DNA of 64,000 nucleotides, from positions 90,086,001-90,150,000 of the forward strand of contig OZ024741.1 in the NCBI GenBank assembly GCA_964016885.1, read 5' to 3'. This document shows positions 45,968 to 59,275 of this stretch, piece after piece; position 1 is the first letter of the stretch; each line of letters starts with the position of its first letter. The position numbers were made by a program, and so were the translations under genes. The stretch is from Eledone cirrhosa (lineage: Eukaryota). Below the pieces are notes generated by a model. It was not told where the DNA came from, did not search any database, and saw only the letters and a program-made list of their open reading frames with translations.

Positions 45968-46868
45968 TATTGTTATACTTTGGGAAGGTCATGTTGCCAA
46001 TAAGAAACACACGCACCAGTTGCTATCACTCCAATTTATTATAAATTAAGAAATTAAAAAAAAAATTTAAAAAAAAAAACTTTATAAATTTCCGGTTGGT
46101 TGGTTCCACAACCGGACGGTTGTTCATATATTGTCAAAGATCTTTCGTCACACATTCTGTGACCTCTTCAATGACTGGGGATTCTTTTCTTTGTTTTGTG
46201 CCTCTCCTTTGTTCTATCCTACGCCATCTTGTTTTTGTGTGTGTTGTGTGCTTAGTTTGCGCATGTGTTACATCCGGGTGTCTGTGTGTGTTTTTATTTG
46301 TTTATTTACATGTTACTGGTTGGTTGTTTGTTCTATGTGTGTGTGTTTTCATTTTGTCCTTAATTGTAAGTTGTGATGTTGCTATTCCATTCATGTTTTC
46401 TATTTAATTTTGGTTGGAGTTCATTTATGTTTATTGCCTCTGTGATTTGTCTAAGCATTGCGTCTTTTGTGAGTGTAGATTTTATTTTTATTTCTATGTT
46501 CTCTAATTTTCCCTTATGTTCTATTTTAGCATGTTGGTGGAGTATTGATGATTCTTTTCTATCTTGAAGCTCTCGCCAGTCTTCATTTAACCGTTCTCCT
46601 ATACTACGAGCTGTCTCACCTATGTACACTATATTCTTATCTTTACATTGTCCTTCAGTACATCTTATGCTATATACTATGTTTCTAGTTTTACAGTTAA
46701 TATGGGGGCTTAGTTTACAGATTATGCATTTCTTATCTATACAGGGAGATCTTTGAAAAGGGTATGTATTACTAATAAGTGTTTTTATGGAGGTACCTGG
46801 TCTTTCTACTATCTTAATATTAAGTTTAAGTTTATCTAGGGCCCTTCTAAATTTGTAAGCTAATTCAC
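45968..46868 (-). mobile_element. 5'-truncated Penelope copy (GIY-YIG plus pLTR, HHR 46133-46175)
   Basis: MYIGETARSIGERLNE...EAININELQPKLN; near-identical to 61748-62650. Confidence 0.9.
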
Positions 46869-47199
46869 ATATATATTCATACCTATATGTTAATATTTAA
46901 ACATCCTATTTACATATTTCTACGTAGATTGAAGTACAGGAAAGGTGCTAAAACTATCTCCCGATCGCAACTCTTCGCTGAAGGAGTATTTTGCTAAAAA
47001 ACACAACACGCCACCCGGTCCAGGAATGAAACCCATGATATGATCGCGTGACTAACACCCAAACTAAACACTAGACCACGTTCCTTTACCGTAGAATGAA
47101 AAATATACAAAAAGAATTAAGTTCCTCCTTTACCTCAGAGATGTCGCCCGCATATTCCCTATGTATCATTTCAAAAGCCATGTCCTCCAGTTACACAAA

Positions 47200-47750
47200 T
47201 TCGGCAGCAAATGCTTCATACATATAAAAAAAGCAATAGAGAGGAACATCGACGGAGCTCAGGAATCGGGTCTGGTTAGTATAGATTCTGAGAGAAATTT
47301 TACTGCCCGGAATGAGATTGTTTTGGCGGCCAGCAGGAGGAGGCTTTTCTCAAAATTCAAGGGCGAGGGGCTGAAATGTTTTTGAGGAAAAAGTGTCAGA
47401 TATATACGGGGACCCTTCTTCGTTCTCCAAGCCCTACTGATTGTTGAACCAGCTGACTGGAAAACATTCACTCACCAACATGTTCAAATACACAGGGACA
47501 TGCTGGTTTTCTCTGTCAGATTCTTCTAATATCACTACAATTGCTCCTACACCTGGTAATGTTTCCTTAAATCCATTCGATATACGTGACATCTCTTGTG
47601 TGTTTCATTCGACAAACCTCAAACTTTTCCTCTCGAAGAACCGCAACCACCAAAAACTCATTGACTGTCCACATTTTTCGCGTTGACATCACCCCACATA
47701 ATTTCGAACTGAACATAAGTTCGGAGGATCCGTGTATCGTAATAAACATC
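47200..47750 (+). pseudogene. Possible highly decayed L1/Tx1-like RT fragment
   Basis: GLVSIDSERNF (cf. SLDxEKAFD) and VRYIRGPFFVL...LIVEP (cf. VRQGCPLSPLLF...EP). Confidence 0.3.
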
Positions 47751-49145
47751 GCTATATCTGTTCGTTCCAAGAAATAATTTAATAAATAAACTACTACTAC
47801 TACTACTACTAATACTAACACTACTACTTCTACCACCACCACCACCACCACCACCACCACCACTTTGAAATTACAAAGTAAAGAACTGTAATAAATAACG
47901 CAAAGGATTTTACCCGACGATTTAATGATTCTCGTATTGGTACTCTGCTAGTTTAAAGAATTTTTTTCTTCGGGAATATATGAATTGGATAGACATTTTC
48001 ATTTATTCAATCACTTTTTTGTTTTCGGTTTTTAAATTTTCTAATTCACAAAATTTAGATGTTTCTACAAAACGTAAATCAAATCGAAAAAAAGAAAAGA
48101 AAAAAAAAAAGGAATTTAAACTGAAATCGTTATTCGATTTACTTTAACAGAAAAAAGAAATGCAAACTTCAATGGATAAAACATAGCAGTTATGAATGAA
48201 TGTGGAATACACCTCCGTCAGTTTTGGCGATGATTGTTCCAGTTGTACGTTCAACGTAACAGCCTGCTCATGAAATTAATATCTAAGTGGCTGAGCATTC
48301 ATAGGCACATTTATGCTTAACGTAATTCACAGAGAGTCAGCGTGATATATGGCTTTCCGTCTACCCAGTTTCACCTACAAAGGTCAAGACAAAAGACACT
48401 TACCCAATACACCACGCAGTGGGATTGAACCACGTACCCAATGATTGTGAAGCTGACTTCTTAACCATTCGGCCATGCTGCATCCACGCTAGCTAAAACA
48501 GAATTATGAATGAATCTACTTGCAAGACATGTTTATATTGATATTTAGACACTATGAAAAGAGAACCTGCCGCCAATGGGTATGTTTCTTATTTCTCCCT
48601 CAAACTGTTTCTTATATTATACTGTGTTTTATTCAACTTCAATATATGATCCAACTTTAGTATCAGACCAGATAATACACTGTCTGATTCTGATTCCTGA
48701 AAACATCCCTTTTGACACGAAATCAGCCTGGTTCTATGATACAAATCTGTATATGAATAACAAAAAAGCCAGGATGATCATGAATACCTATCTAAAACAG
48801 TTAAATATTTTATATATATATATATTGGAATTTCGTAAAAATTACGGTATGCTTAAAATAAACATTTAAAGAGCCCTAGATATGCCAAAACACCAGCGGC
48901 TAAAGCCATCTGGCGGTGTCCCGATGCACATTTCGAACTGAACTGGTTTCTCATCAGGACGATCCCTCCTACTCTTGCAACTGCTGGACTTTGAAAACAG
49001 GCGAAAATATATGGTTTTCTTGTCTGTGTAAATGAGGTGATTAATCTCATTTGCATATGAAGCTGTATAGGTTTTGTGTGTGATGCGTCTTGGCCAGTTC
49101 AAGTTTGTTGGTTTTTGTTGTTGGGCAGGTCTCCCTCTCTGTCTC

Positions 49146-49389
49146 TGGCGTGTGGCTTAGTGGTTAAAGTGTTTGCCTCACGTTTGTAAGGTTGTGAGAT
49201 CAGTTCTTTCATCGGGCGGCACATTGTCTTTAAGCAAGACACTTTATTTCACTGAATCTCCCTGGAAACTACGTTAAGGATGTACATGTCTCTGGAATGC
49301 TCAGCCACTTACACGTTAATTTCACGAGCTGGCAGTTCTTGATCGAATCAACTGGAACACTAGTCGTCGGAAATGACGGAGGTCCAGTG
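49146..49389 (+). mobile_element. tRNA/CORE-type SINE (related tail 48212-48345 minus; partial copy 52996-53080)
   Basis: A box TGGCTTAGTGG; CORE-like TTAAGCAAGACACTT; tail CTCAGCCACTTACACGTTAATTTCACGAG. Confidence 0.75.
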
Positions 49390-50719
49390 TATATTTCTTT
49401 TAAATATGTAGAACGTTTAGCTTTCTTGTAAGGAGATAGGAGGGTTCTAATTGCTTGAATCGTTCGTATGAATTCAATTACAACTATAATAATTTATCGT
49501 TCCCGCGAAGAGATCAAAAGGCCATGTTGACGCCTCCAGAGATTGAACTCCGAATAGTGAGGTACTGAGCTAGTAACAGTAGACGTCTACATTTAGATAA
49601 ATTTACTCGCGGAACCCTTTGAACTGTTTAGAACTAAATAGCATTGTATAATACTATTTAGTTGTAAATGTAGTGCAATGGGTTCAGCTAGTGGAATCAA
49701 CTATGTAACCCTAAACCCATCTAGCCCCACTGCAAACGGAGGACTCTACTCGATCTGCTAGAAATAACCGCAACAACTTTCTCGAAAAACCATACACTGC
49801 TAACTTAAGATTAAAAAAAAATTGAACTGGTTGGATAATGTCTCGTAGATACACATGTCTGAGAAAAAGACGACGCGACGTTCATGATTGGGGCTAAACA
49901 ACAACATCAAAACAGAACAAAAAGAAAAAAAGGGGTGGGAAAGTGGGCCCTCGTTCAGACGAGTAGAAATTACCATTTAACCGAATCGCCACCCCATCTT
50001 TTTTTAGTACTGAATATAACATTAAAACAACAACAACAACAAAAATCAACAACAACAAAAACAACTACAACAAAAATAACTACAACTACAACTACAAGTT
50101 TGGGGTTGAGGCGAGGGTTATTGTAGACGTATTCCCTCTGATGAGTAGAAATCACCATTTAACCGCACCCCCCCCTTTTCTTTGAGTACTAAATGCAACC
50201 TTATTACCACAATCATTTAACCAGAGCTCTCTCACCCTGTCCCTCTTCAGAACTAAATACAATATTGCTCCCCCTTCTCCTCATCATCATCATTATCATC
50301 ATCATCAACACCATCACCATCATCCCTGGTTCTCTTCAGCCAGTTTATCTTATATACATATATATGTTATATATCGTATATATCGGTTTACACTAACGAA
50401 TTGGATGACTGACAACATTGAAAGGTGAAATTATCACTCCCACCACCATACCTATCACTACCGACATTACCATCATCCCCTCACCATCACCAACACCACC
50501 ATCAACACCAATACCACCATCAACACCAATACCACCATCATCACCACCATCGTAACCACCCTCATTTCCGCATGCTATGCTTACCCATACAGTTACCATT
50601 ATCAGCACAGTCATCACTGTCACCAACAACAACATAGTCTCCACCACCACCATCAGCTTCACCATTACTCTCACCCTCACCACCACCATCATCATCAACA
50701 CACACACACACACACATAT

Positions 50720-51332
50720 ATGTGATAAAGTTATATCTGTATAAATACAGAGTGTGTAACCGAGACTGCACAAAAGTATAAATATATACACATATCTATT
50801 ATGTTGGAGTGTAAACAAGCCAGAAAATACAAATTTCCTTCTACATTACGAAAATGATAAACACGTTTAATCTATTTTCAGATTTAATTAGATCTTCATC
50901 AGAAGGGTTGTATATCATTACTGAACCATAAGGAAACATGTATTTGATGGGTATATATACCCATTCGCTCTTAGTATTATTCTGAAATAGACACACTAAT
51001 TTGCATATAATTAACGATCGTGTTGGTAATTAATTAAGATATTAAGTGTATGATAAAGTTGAGCGCTAATTATATTCAAATTAGGATGTCCATTTCAGAA
51101 TAAAAGATGTCCATTTCAGAATAAAAGAGCGTCAAAGACATGTTTCTATGTGGTTGAATGATGATATACACGCCTTCTGATGAAGATCCAATTAGATATG
51201 AAAATCGATTAAAGGTGTTTATCATTTTCTCAAATTACAGTGAAATAAATTCGTATAGAGATTTGTATATATCTATACACGTTGGTGCAATATCGGTAAC
51301 ATGCTGTAGTTATACAGATATAACTTTATCAT
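50720..51332. mobile_element. Diverged inverted repeat with one HHR per arm (50864-50906 minus; 51173-51215 plus)
   Basis: TGATAAAGTTATATCTGTATAA ... TTATACAGATATAACTTTATCA; CCTT CTGATGA AGATC-CAATTA-GATAT GAAA ATCGAT TA AAGG. Confidence 0.85.
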
Positions 51333-51335
51333 ACA

Positions 51336-52354
51336 CTAGCAGTTTAGCCCGGCGTTCCTCGGGTTTGTTCATTTGCTATGAAAAGTTACATACAGGTAAA
51401 CGTGGTTTGAAAGCGAATAAGCTTATTAATTAAGTGCATAAAGCAGTTGAACTGGTTGGTTATTAAAAGTTACGAACCAATTAGCATTTTGGACAATCAA
51501 TGATGGGTTAATAATCTTCCAATAGTGAATTTAGCAGACCAAAGTTGCAAGATGGTGGCCCTGATGCCGCTGGGTGTCAGATCTGTCCGCCATGGGTGAC
51601 CCTACCAGGAAATAGTTTTCCAGACGGCATAGCTCCAACACCTCCAACACCTGCACCAACATCTAAAATACCTCTTTGTAGACGATATTGCGTGTCATCC
51701 TTCGAGGAGTGTATGCAAAAAGTCAATTCCTGCTCCCTACGCGGGAACAGGCAACATAAAGTTGGCCATGGGAGAAGCATGGCTCCCCCAAATGGATGCC
51801 CGTCACCGACAATGTTTGTCCTTGTGACTTGTTAATGGACATGGCAAAAGATGGTCTCACCGGGAATTGGGATCGCCGGAAATCGAACGGGATATCTGAC
51901 GCCGAGGGGAAAAGGTTCATCCTTTAGATAGGTGTGTTAAACCTCAAAGCATGAAGAGAGTAAAGCAGTTAAATTATAGAGAGGGGGAATGATCTATTAT
52001 AGAGAGAGGGAAGAGCGACGGAGAGAGCGTTATGACTATGTTTGTTGTTGTATAAAATGATGTGTTGCTTAGTTTTCAAAGTTTATGTCGCGTTCCTGAA
52101 CGAAGTTTTGTCGCTGTTGGGTAGTAGAGAGAGTGATTAAGCGTGTAAGAGAGAGGGTTACAGCATGTATTTAGTTTTATCAATTTTTTTCATAGAAGCA
52201 GGAAATGTTTGGCAAAGTTTATTACGCGTTGACCATCGTTGGTAAATTTGGAGAACATTGGAAAAAAAATCATCAAAATCGGTTGAGAATGTGGAAATGC
52301 ATAAAAATCATACACACACACAGACAGACATCTTCCGTTTTATATATATATAGA
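51336..52354 (-). mobile_element. Non-autonomous Helitron retaining a PIF1-helicase C-terminal fragment (51723-51920)
   Basis: 5' TCTATATATATAAAA; 3' CCCGAGGAACGCCGGG hairpin plus CTAG|T; RSQFPVRPSFAMSINKSQGQTL...FSHGQLYVACSRV. Confidence 0.88.
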
Positions 52355-52669
52355 CTAGCAGAAAACTACCCGGGGCGGTTTTCTGCTAGTGTATATATCT
52401 AAAACAGAGAATGTCTGTCTGTCTGTCAACTCACTAAAACTTGAGAACCATCCAACCGATTGTTTTCAAACTTTAGACATGTAATACTTATGGTCCTGTG
52501 AGTGTTTTGAGCAAAAATTATTTCAAATGTTCCATGCCCTAGGGACCGCATTAGGCGATTTAGCGTTCTCTCTATATAATTCTTAGTCTTTCTTTTTAGA
52601 TAGATACATAGATATAACGTTGCGCCCTTATAATATCTGTCTGTATGTCTGTCTGTCTGCATTACGTCA

Positions 52670-52866
52670 TTATGACGCGCTCAGTGTGTGTGTATATATA
52701 TATATGTATCGTAATGCAGACAGCAAGACATAGCTTTCCTTCCCCTCTTCCAGCGTCTCTCTCTCTCCCTCCCGCTATCCCCCTCTTGTAGTCTGTCTCT
52801 TTCTTTCACTCTCACTCTCTCTCTACGCGTCGGACAGACAGACAGAGAAATTGGTGGTTATATATT
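52670..52866 (-). mobile_element. 5' part of the 26502 Helitron-like family
   Basis: Minus strand TATATAACCACCAATTTCTCTGTCTGTCTGTCCGAC matches 26511-26546. Confidence 0.65.
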
Positions 52867-52905
52867 ATAAGGAAATGTCATTTCTCTTTCTCTCTTTCCC
52901 CCCAC

Positions 52906-52997
<92 letters not shown>

Positions 52998-53380
52998 GCG
53001 CGTGGCTTGGATTTGCAATCGTGAGGCTGTGAGTTCGAGCGATGTATTATGTCCTTGAGCAAGACACTTTATTTCACATTACTCCTTCTACCTGAAATTG
53101 AGACCGATAGATAGTATTAGCAATTGGAAAGACCAATGGAAACATTGTTTCCTCGATCCGATTTAACGAAAGTCGATCGACTGTCGATATGTGTGTGTGT
53201 GTGTGTGAAAGACTACATAATTACAAAAAAAAAAAACAAAAAAAAAACAAACAAACAAACGAATGATTGCTTTATTTATAAAAGATATCTTATGCATATA
53301 AACACTGTTACGATATTCATACAAACTTAGATACGTAATTATATATACTATCAGAAAAACCACCCAAAGGGTGGTTTTCT

Positions 53381-53563
53381 GGATTGGCAGTATCGGTAAA
53401 GAGTCGGACACCATGCTTTCCAGCATAGAGTTACGTCCCTTTACGGACTGAGTTCAAATCCCGCCGAGGTTAACTTTGCCTTTCATCCATACGGGGTCGA
53501 TAAAATAAAGTACCAGTAATGTACTGGTAATTGCTGGCCTTGTGCCAAAAGTAGAAACAATTA
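53381..53563 (+). mobile_element. tRNA-SINE copy (family of 17934)
   Basis: TGGCAGTATCGG A box, GAGTTCAAATCC B box, ...GTAGAAACAATTA tail. Confidence 0.9.
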
Positions 53564-54344
53564 TTATATATATTATACGCAAATATTCATGCATGTAGAT
53601 ATGATACGTCAAATAAAATCGTAATTGAGAACATGCACAGAAATCGAAGAGAGACTGTTTTACACTCTCTTCTGTAATCAGTAAAGTAATCCATGATATA
53701 TTTTAAAAAGTCGATATCTACTATATAAATTGGAAGAGGTCGGACGTTGTATATTTAAGTAAGTATGTGTAGTCGGATAAACGTCGAAACGGCTTGGTGG
53801 AATGCAGCGAACATTTACATAGTTATGCAGAATGACCCGAGGAGGCGTTGGGTCGACTTTCAAGCTACAAGCTTCCATGGTTACGGAGAAAATTGATGAA
53901 ACAGGAATTTCCCATTCAAATTGAACTGAGAGTAATCTGTGAACGCAGAAGTAAATGTTTCGAGAAACGTTGCAACCGAAGGAAAACAGGAAGACGATAT
54001 TTTGGTTCGTGAAGACGTTCCCTGGCAATGAACGGAAAAAAAGCGAGGATAATACGTCGTTATATGGATCGAGAAGAACAATTTTATGCAAAGACAAGAC
54101 CAAGTTTATGGTATAAATGGAGTCGTTAGACTAATATTCTATTTAAAATAACAGAATGATTTCCAGCCCCGGAGTTTAAGAATGATATAAAGAAAATTGA
54201 AAACGAAAATGACAGAGGTTATTAAAATAGTAAAAGTAAATAGTGAAGATTTAGGCCAGTACATACGTATGCCCCGACGGACATACACATACATACGCAC
54301 AAACAAATACATACACACCCACAAACACACACACACACGCGCGC

Positions 54345-54779
54345 GCGTATGTATAAACCTTATGCATTTCTACAGTATTTTCACCAAACTTAAGACATAG
54401 GTTACTCATGTACTCCGGATGGTCATGGGCACTTTCATTTTTCCAGATATTGATTATAGGGCCTCCCGGAAGATAACCCCCTTTAATTTGGAGTCGACTG
54501 AAGCACTGCAGTGCAATGCAACAAAACGTCATAACTTCTGGAATTCGCAACCGGTTTTCAAAAAACTTAACACATGGGCTACGTTTGTCCTACAGATGAA
54601 TGTGAACTGTCCGAATTGGCACATATTGAGTAGGGGACCCCTGGGGGAAGGAACCCCCTTTTGGAAAAAAGCCGATGATTTTGTAAAAGTATAGTTTTCG
54701 AAGCAGCACTGAAGTATTGACATAAATGTTATACACAACTGCTATTTAATACCCGAGCAGCGCTGGGTACCTCTGCTAG
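54345..54779 (+). mobile_element. Helitron-like 3' portion
   Basis: ACCCGAGCAGCGCTGGGTACCTCTGCTAG|T terminus, related to the 29040 end. Confidence 0.6.
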
Positions 54780-55277
54780 TTATATATAAACTGTATTACG
54801 GAAAATTTTTATGAAACGAAAAAGAAGTAAATTAGCGACTGAAATATAAACCTCATATAACGATGTAAATATATGAACGTTTACATAAGCGATGTAATAA
54901 GTGTTATGATATAACGGTCGCTAACCGTAAGTGCAGACATTTGAACATTTTAAAAGAAGTGAATTTTAAAATAAGCAATCATTATATATAAGATTATTTA
55001 TTTAATCAACAGCTACGAAATATAGTACATAGATTATGTAATATTCATTCATTATTTATTCAAAGTAATCTAACTTATTTTACTAACGGGATAAAAATAT
55101 ATTCAGGACGCAGTCCCACACTCCTCCCTTTATTATATTATGATATATACTTAAATATAGACACTGACACACACACACACATATGCGACCATACATATCA
55201 ATTTATAATCAATTTGTAGCCAGTGACATACACACAATTACGCAAGCCTAAACGCAAGCAAACATGCACACAGAATC

Positions 55278-55353
<76 letters not shown>

Positions 55354-55643
55354 GATTCTGTGTGTATATATATATATATATAGAGAGAGAGAGAAAAATA
55401 CTGCAGGTAGCACATGGATAACATGTAATAAAATGAGTCCCTCATCAGTGATTTGTCGACGATCATAGATATTTCATTGCATTAAAAATCATATACCTCA
55501 CGTCGGTGCAATAATAACCAAAATAAGTTATTAGGACAATTGAAACGCGTAAAGCGAGTGAGACAGGAGAACAACAAAGAGTATAGCTAACCGTAGGGGA
55601 AAGAAACAAGCTTCAAAAATTATTCTGTTTAGCATAAGCTAGG

Positions 55644-55693
<50 letters not shown>

Positions 55694-55959
55694 TATATAT
55701 ATATATTTTGAATATATATATATATATATATTCATACGAAGAAAAAGTGCTCCATTCAAAATTGGAGAATGTGTATACTAACCCTAACCCGTGCCGTCAA
55801 AAATGACGGCTAATTGTAATATCTATACATAATATGAAAAAAGAAATGTTTGTTTATTTGTTGGTTGGTTGGTTCTTTAGCGCTCACTCACACAAGTGAT
55901 ACAAACATACAAACACACAGCTGTGACGTTTCTTAGAACTCTGGACCTCTGTAGTTTCT

Positions 55960-56090
55960 CACCCCTCCTTCCTCAGTCGACGTAATCACCCCTTCCTTCC
56001 TCAGTCGACGTAATCAACCCTTCCTTCCTTAGTCGACGTAATCACCCCTTACTTCCTCAGTCGACGTTATCACCTCTTCCTTCCTCAGTC
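55960..56090. repeat. 28-bp minisatellite x4.5
   Basis: CCTCAGTCGACGTAATCACCCCTTCCTT. Confidence 0.9.
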
Positions 56091-57103
56091 ATCTCTAATG
56101 TGTGACAGACAAATACACAAGGCTATTATATGATTAGATATCTTATTACTGAGATTACTCTGCGTAGCTATCTTAGTTTTGCGTATTGCCGCTGATCGCG
56201 CAACTGGGAATGATTTTCACACGACAGTATATATCGCAACTATAATGAGTGTGGCTAGTAAAATGATAAACTAGATGGGACTGACAGTTTGTTAATAAAA
56301 AAAAAATCATTTTAAATAAATGAATGTTAAGATATTATGAAAAAGAAGATATGGTGTATTCATACTACCGCCTACTGACAAACATAACAACACAACCACA
56401 TACCAACACATACATACATATGTAATTGCACATGTATACATATATACATATACTTATATGTAGTCAAAACTATGCACAAATTACCACATCCTTATGCATA
56501 TATTCTCGCATATACATATACATACGTCCCCGTAACATTTATTTTTGTATCTCACAGTACAATGTAGACAGGAAGTACGAAAGTGCTTAAGATACATTCA
56601 TCAATATACACTCCTCTCACACACGCACACACATGCGCGCACACACACACACATGCACATACATGCACACATGCACACACACACACGCACAGACAAACAC
56701 ACACACACTCGGCGGCGTACACACGCCAATACTAAAGCTACAATCAAACCACTAGGGTCCAGTTCTCTGTGCAGACTTTAAGATATTTTTTTGAAAATAG
56801 AAATAAAAATAGAAATAAAAATAAAATATAAACTAAATGAAAATAATCTAGATGTATATTATGTATTTATCATATAATACCATCTATAAATACGAACATT
56901 CGGGCACACACACATCTCATGTGCATAAAACTGTTGCTGCATGCACGTGCAACACGTACTTATTCACATCTGTACAACAGGCTTAAAAATAAAACTTAAA
57001 AACTTAAAAAATAAGAATGATCTATAAAAATAAATAGAATCTGAACATGTGTTATATTTCACACACACGTACATGCACAAACACACACACACAGATACAC
57101 AGC

Positions 57104-57752
57104 ACTAACCCTAACCCTAACCTTAGCACTAACCCTAACTCTACTCCTAACCTTAACACTAACCCTAACTCTACTCCTAACCCCAACCTTAGCACTAACC
57201 CTAACTTTACTCCTAACCCCAACCTTAACACTAACCCTAACTCTACTCCTAACCCTAACCTTAGCACTAACCCAACCCTAACCCTAACCCCTAACTAACT
57301 CTAACCCTAACCGAAACACTAACCCTAACTCTACTCCTAACACTAACCTTAACACTAACCCTAACTCTAACTCTACTCCTAACCTTAGCACTAACCCTAA
57401 CTCTACTCCTAACACTAACCTTAACACTAACCCTAACTCTACTCCTAACCCCAACCTTAGCACTAACCCTAACTTTACTCCTAACCCCAACCTTAACACT
57501 AACCCTAACTCTACTCCTAACCCTAACCTTAGCACTAACCCAACCCTAACCCTAACCCCTAACTAACTCTAACCCTAACCGAAACACTAACCCTAACTCT
57601 ACTCCTAACACTAACCTTAACACTAACCCTAACTCTAACTCTACTCCTAACCTTAGCACTAACCCTAACTCTACTCCTAACCCTAACCTTAGCACTAACC
57701 CTAACCTTAACTCCTAACTAACTCTAACCCTAACCGAAACACTAATCCTAAT
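57104..57752. repeat. Degenerate (CCCTAA)n telomere-like tract with a 268-bp higher-order duplication
   Basis: CTAACC/CTAACT/TTAGCA hexamer variants; block at 57271 recurs at 57539. Confidence 0.85.
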
Positions 57753-58106
57753 TCCAAGGAAAAAAAAGAGAAAAAAAAGGTAAGATTAATCTCTAAACGA
57801 ATCCTTGGGCCACACTAAGATGTCTTTTTTTCCTTGGATTTCCCCCATTTCCTCCTTGCAAATATAATCCTTATATGTTTCTTATCATATTCTATATCTC
57901 TGTACAACTATCAATTTTATGAGACATATGTGTTGGCAGAATCTAATCTCACATTTTTGTTCTTCAGGTTTCTTTTTCTTCTGCCCTATATTTTACGCTT
58001 ATTTACTTAATGATCATCTATCTCCAACCTCATTTTTACTTTACCTTTATTTCGTTCATATGTCAACACTAATTTTCGACCAATTCCACACAATGATTAT
58101 TATACC

Positions 58107-58276
58107 ATCGGTAGAGGGTCGGACATGCTTTCTAGCATAGAGTTACGTCCTTTTACGATCTGAGTTCAAATCCAGCCGAGGTTAATTTTGCCTTTCATCC
58201 ATACGGGGTCGATAAAATAAAGTACCAGTAATGTACTGATTTATTGCTGACCTTGTTCCAAAAGTAGAAACAATTA
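58107..58276 (+). mobile_element. tRNA-SINE copy
   Basis: GAGTTCAAATCC...GTCGATAAAATAAAGTACCAGTAATGTACT. Confidence 0.88.
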
Positions 58277-58669
58277 TTATAGTTTAGATTATTATTACAT
58301 TATCACTACTGCCACTACTACTACCATGGTCACTGGGGACTAACTGACACTCCTAACTAACTAAGATATAATCGGTCATTGCTGTTGCTGAAAGCAATAC
58401 CATCTGGTACAGCAACCTATCTACAAGGTCAATCCCCGACTGACCTGATTCCTGAACAAGTTGAAGCCAAATCTCTGCCAATAGCACCATTAAGGAATTC
58501 GAATTACTTCATGATGTTGTGGTAAAGCTAACTCTGACCAATAGATAGTAACTTTATATACCCCTTTCGCTGATTCTGTGAGATTGATTCTAAGTCATAT
58601 GTCACCGGTGCTATGAGAAAGCAACACCAACTATCGGCATATCAATGTATCAAAACAACAGAACTCCTG

Positions 58670-58726
58670 CTATCTGATGAGGTCATAACTGTTGCATAAC
58701 GGTTATTACCGAAATATATATAACAG
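58670..58726 (+). ncRNA. Type I HHR with long stem II, upstream of (CA)n
   Basis: CTAT CTGATGA GGT-c-ATAACTGTT-GCAT-AACGGTTAT-t-ACC GAAA TATATA TA ACAG; one stem I mismatch. Confidence 0.75.
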
Positions 58727-58747
58727 TGATTATGATTAAATGAAGTG

Positions 58748-58807
<60 letters not shown>

Positions 58808-58809
58808 TT

Positions 58810-59185
58810 GAAAAGGGAATAAGGTTCTATAGAAAACAGAGGCTATAGAAAAAAGTGGAATTGGAAACAGCACGGAAAACATATTTAAAGGATTTGCTTT
58901 CTCTTCTTTCCTCCTTGATCCGTCAAAGTGACATCGAAGGAAAGAAAATATTTCTTCGTCAGTTTTCTTTAGTCATCTTCTTCTGCTTGCTGTCTGTATT
59001 TAATAGTTATAAGTTATCTGTGTCTTAAAATATTTCAAAGCAGGATGTAAATAATCTGGAAGCTTTCATTGTCTTTTCTTTCTCCGCCATTAACGATATA
59101 AATATATATACAGGGTGTCCCTCCAAAATATATACATACTTTAACACCATTATAATAAAAGAGTGTATACATTTTTTGGAGACAC

Positions 59186-59275
<90 letters not shown>

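Noticed and set aside
50135-50160. CTGATGAGTAGAAA hammerhead-like core
   Set aside because: Only 3 nt between core and GAAA, so no stem II, and no stem I or III pairing.
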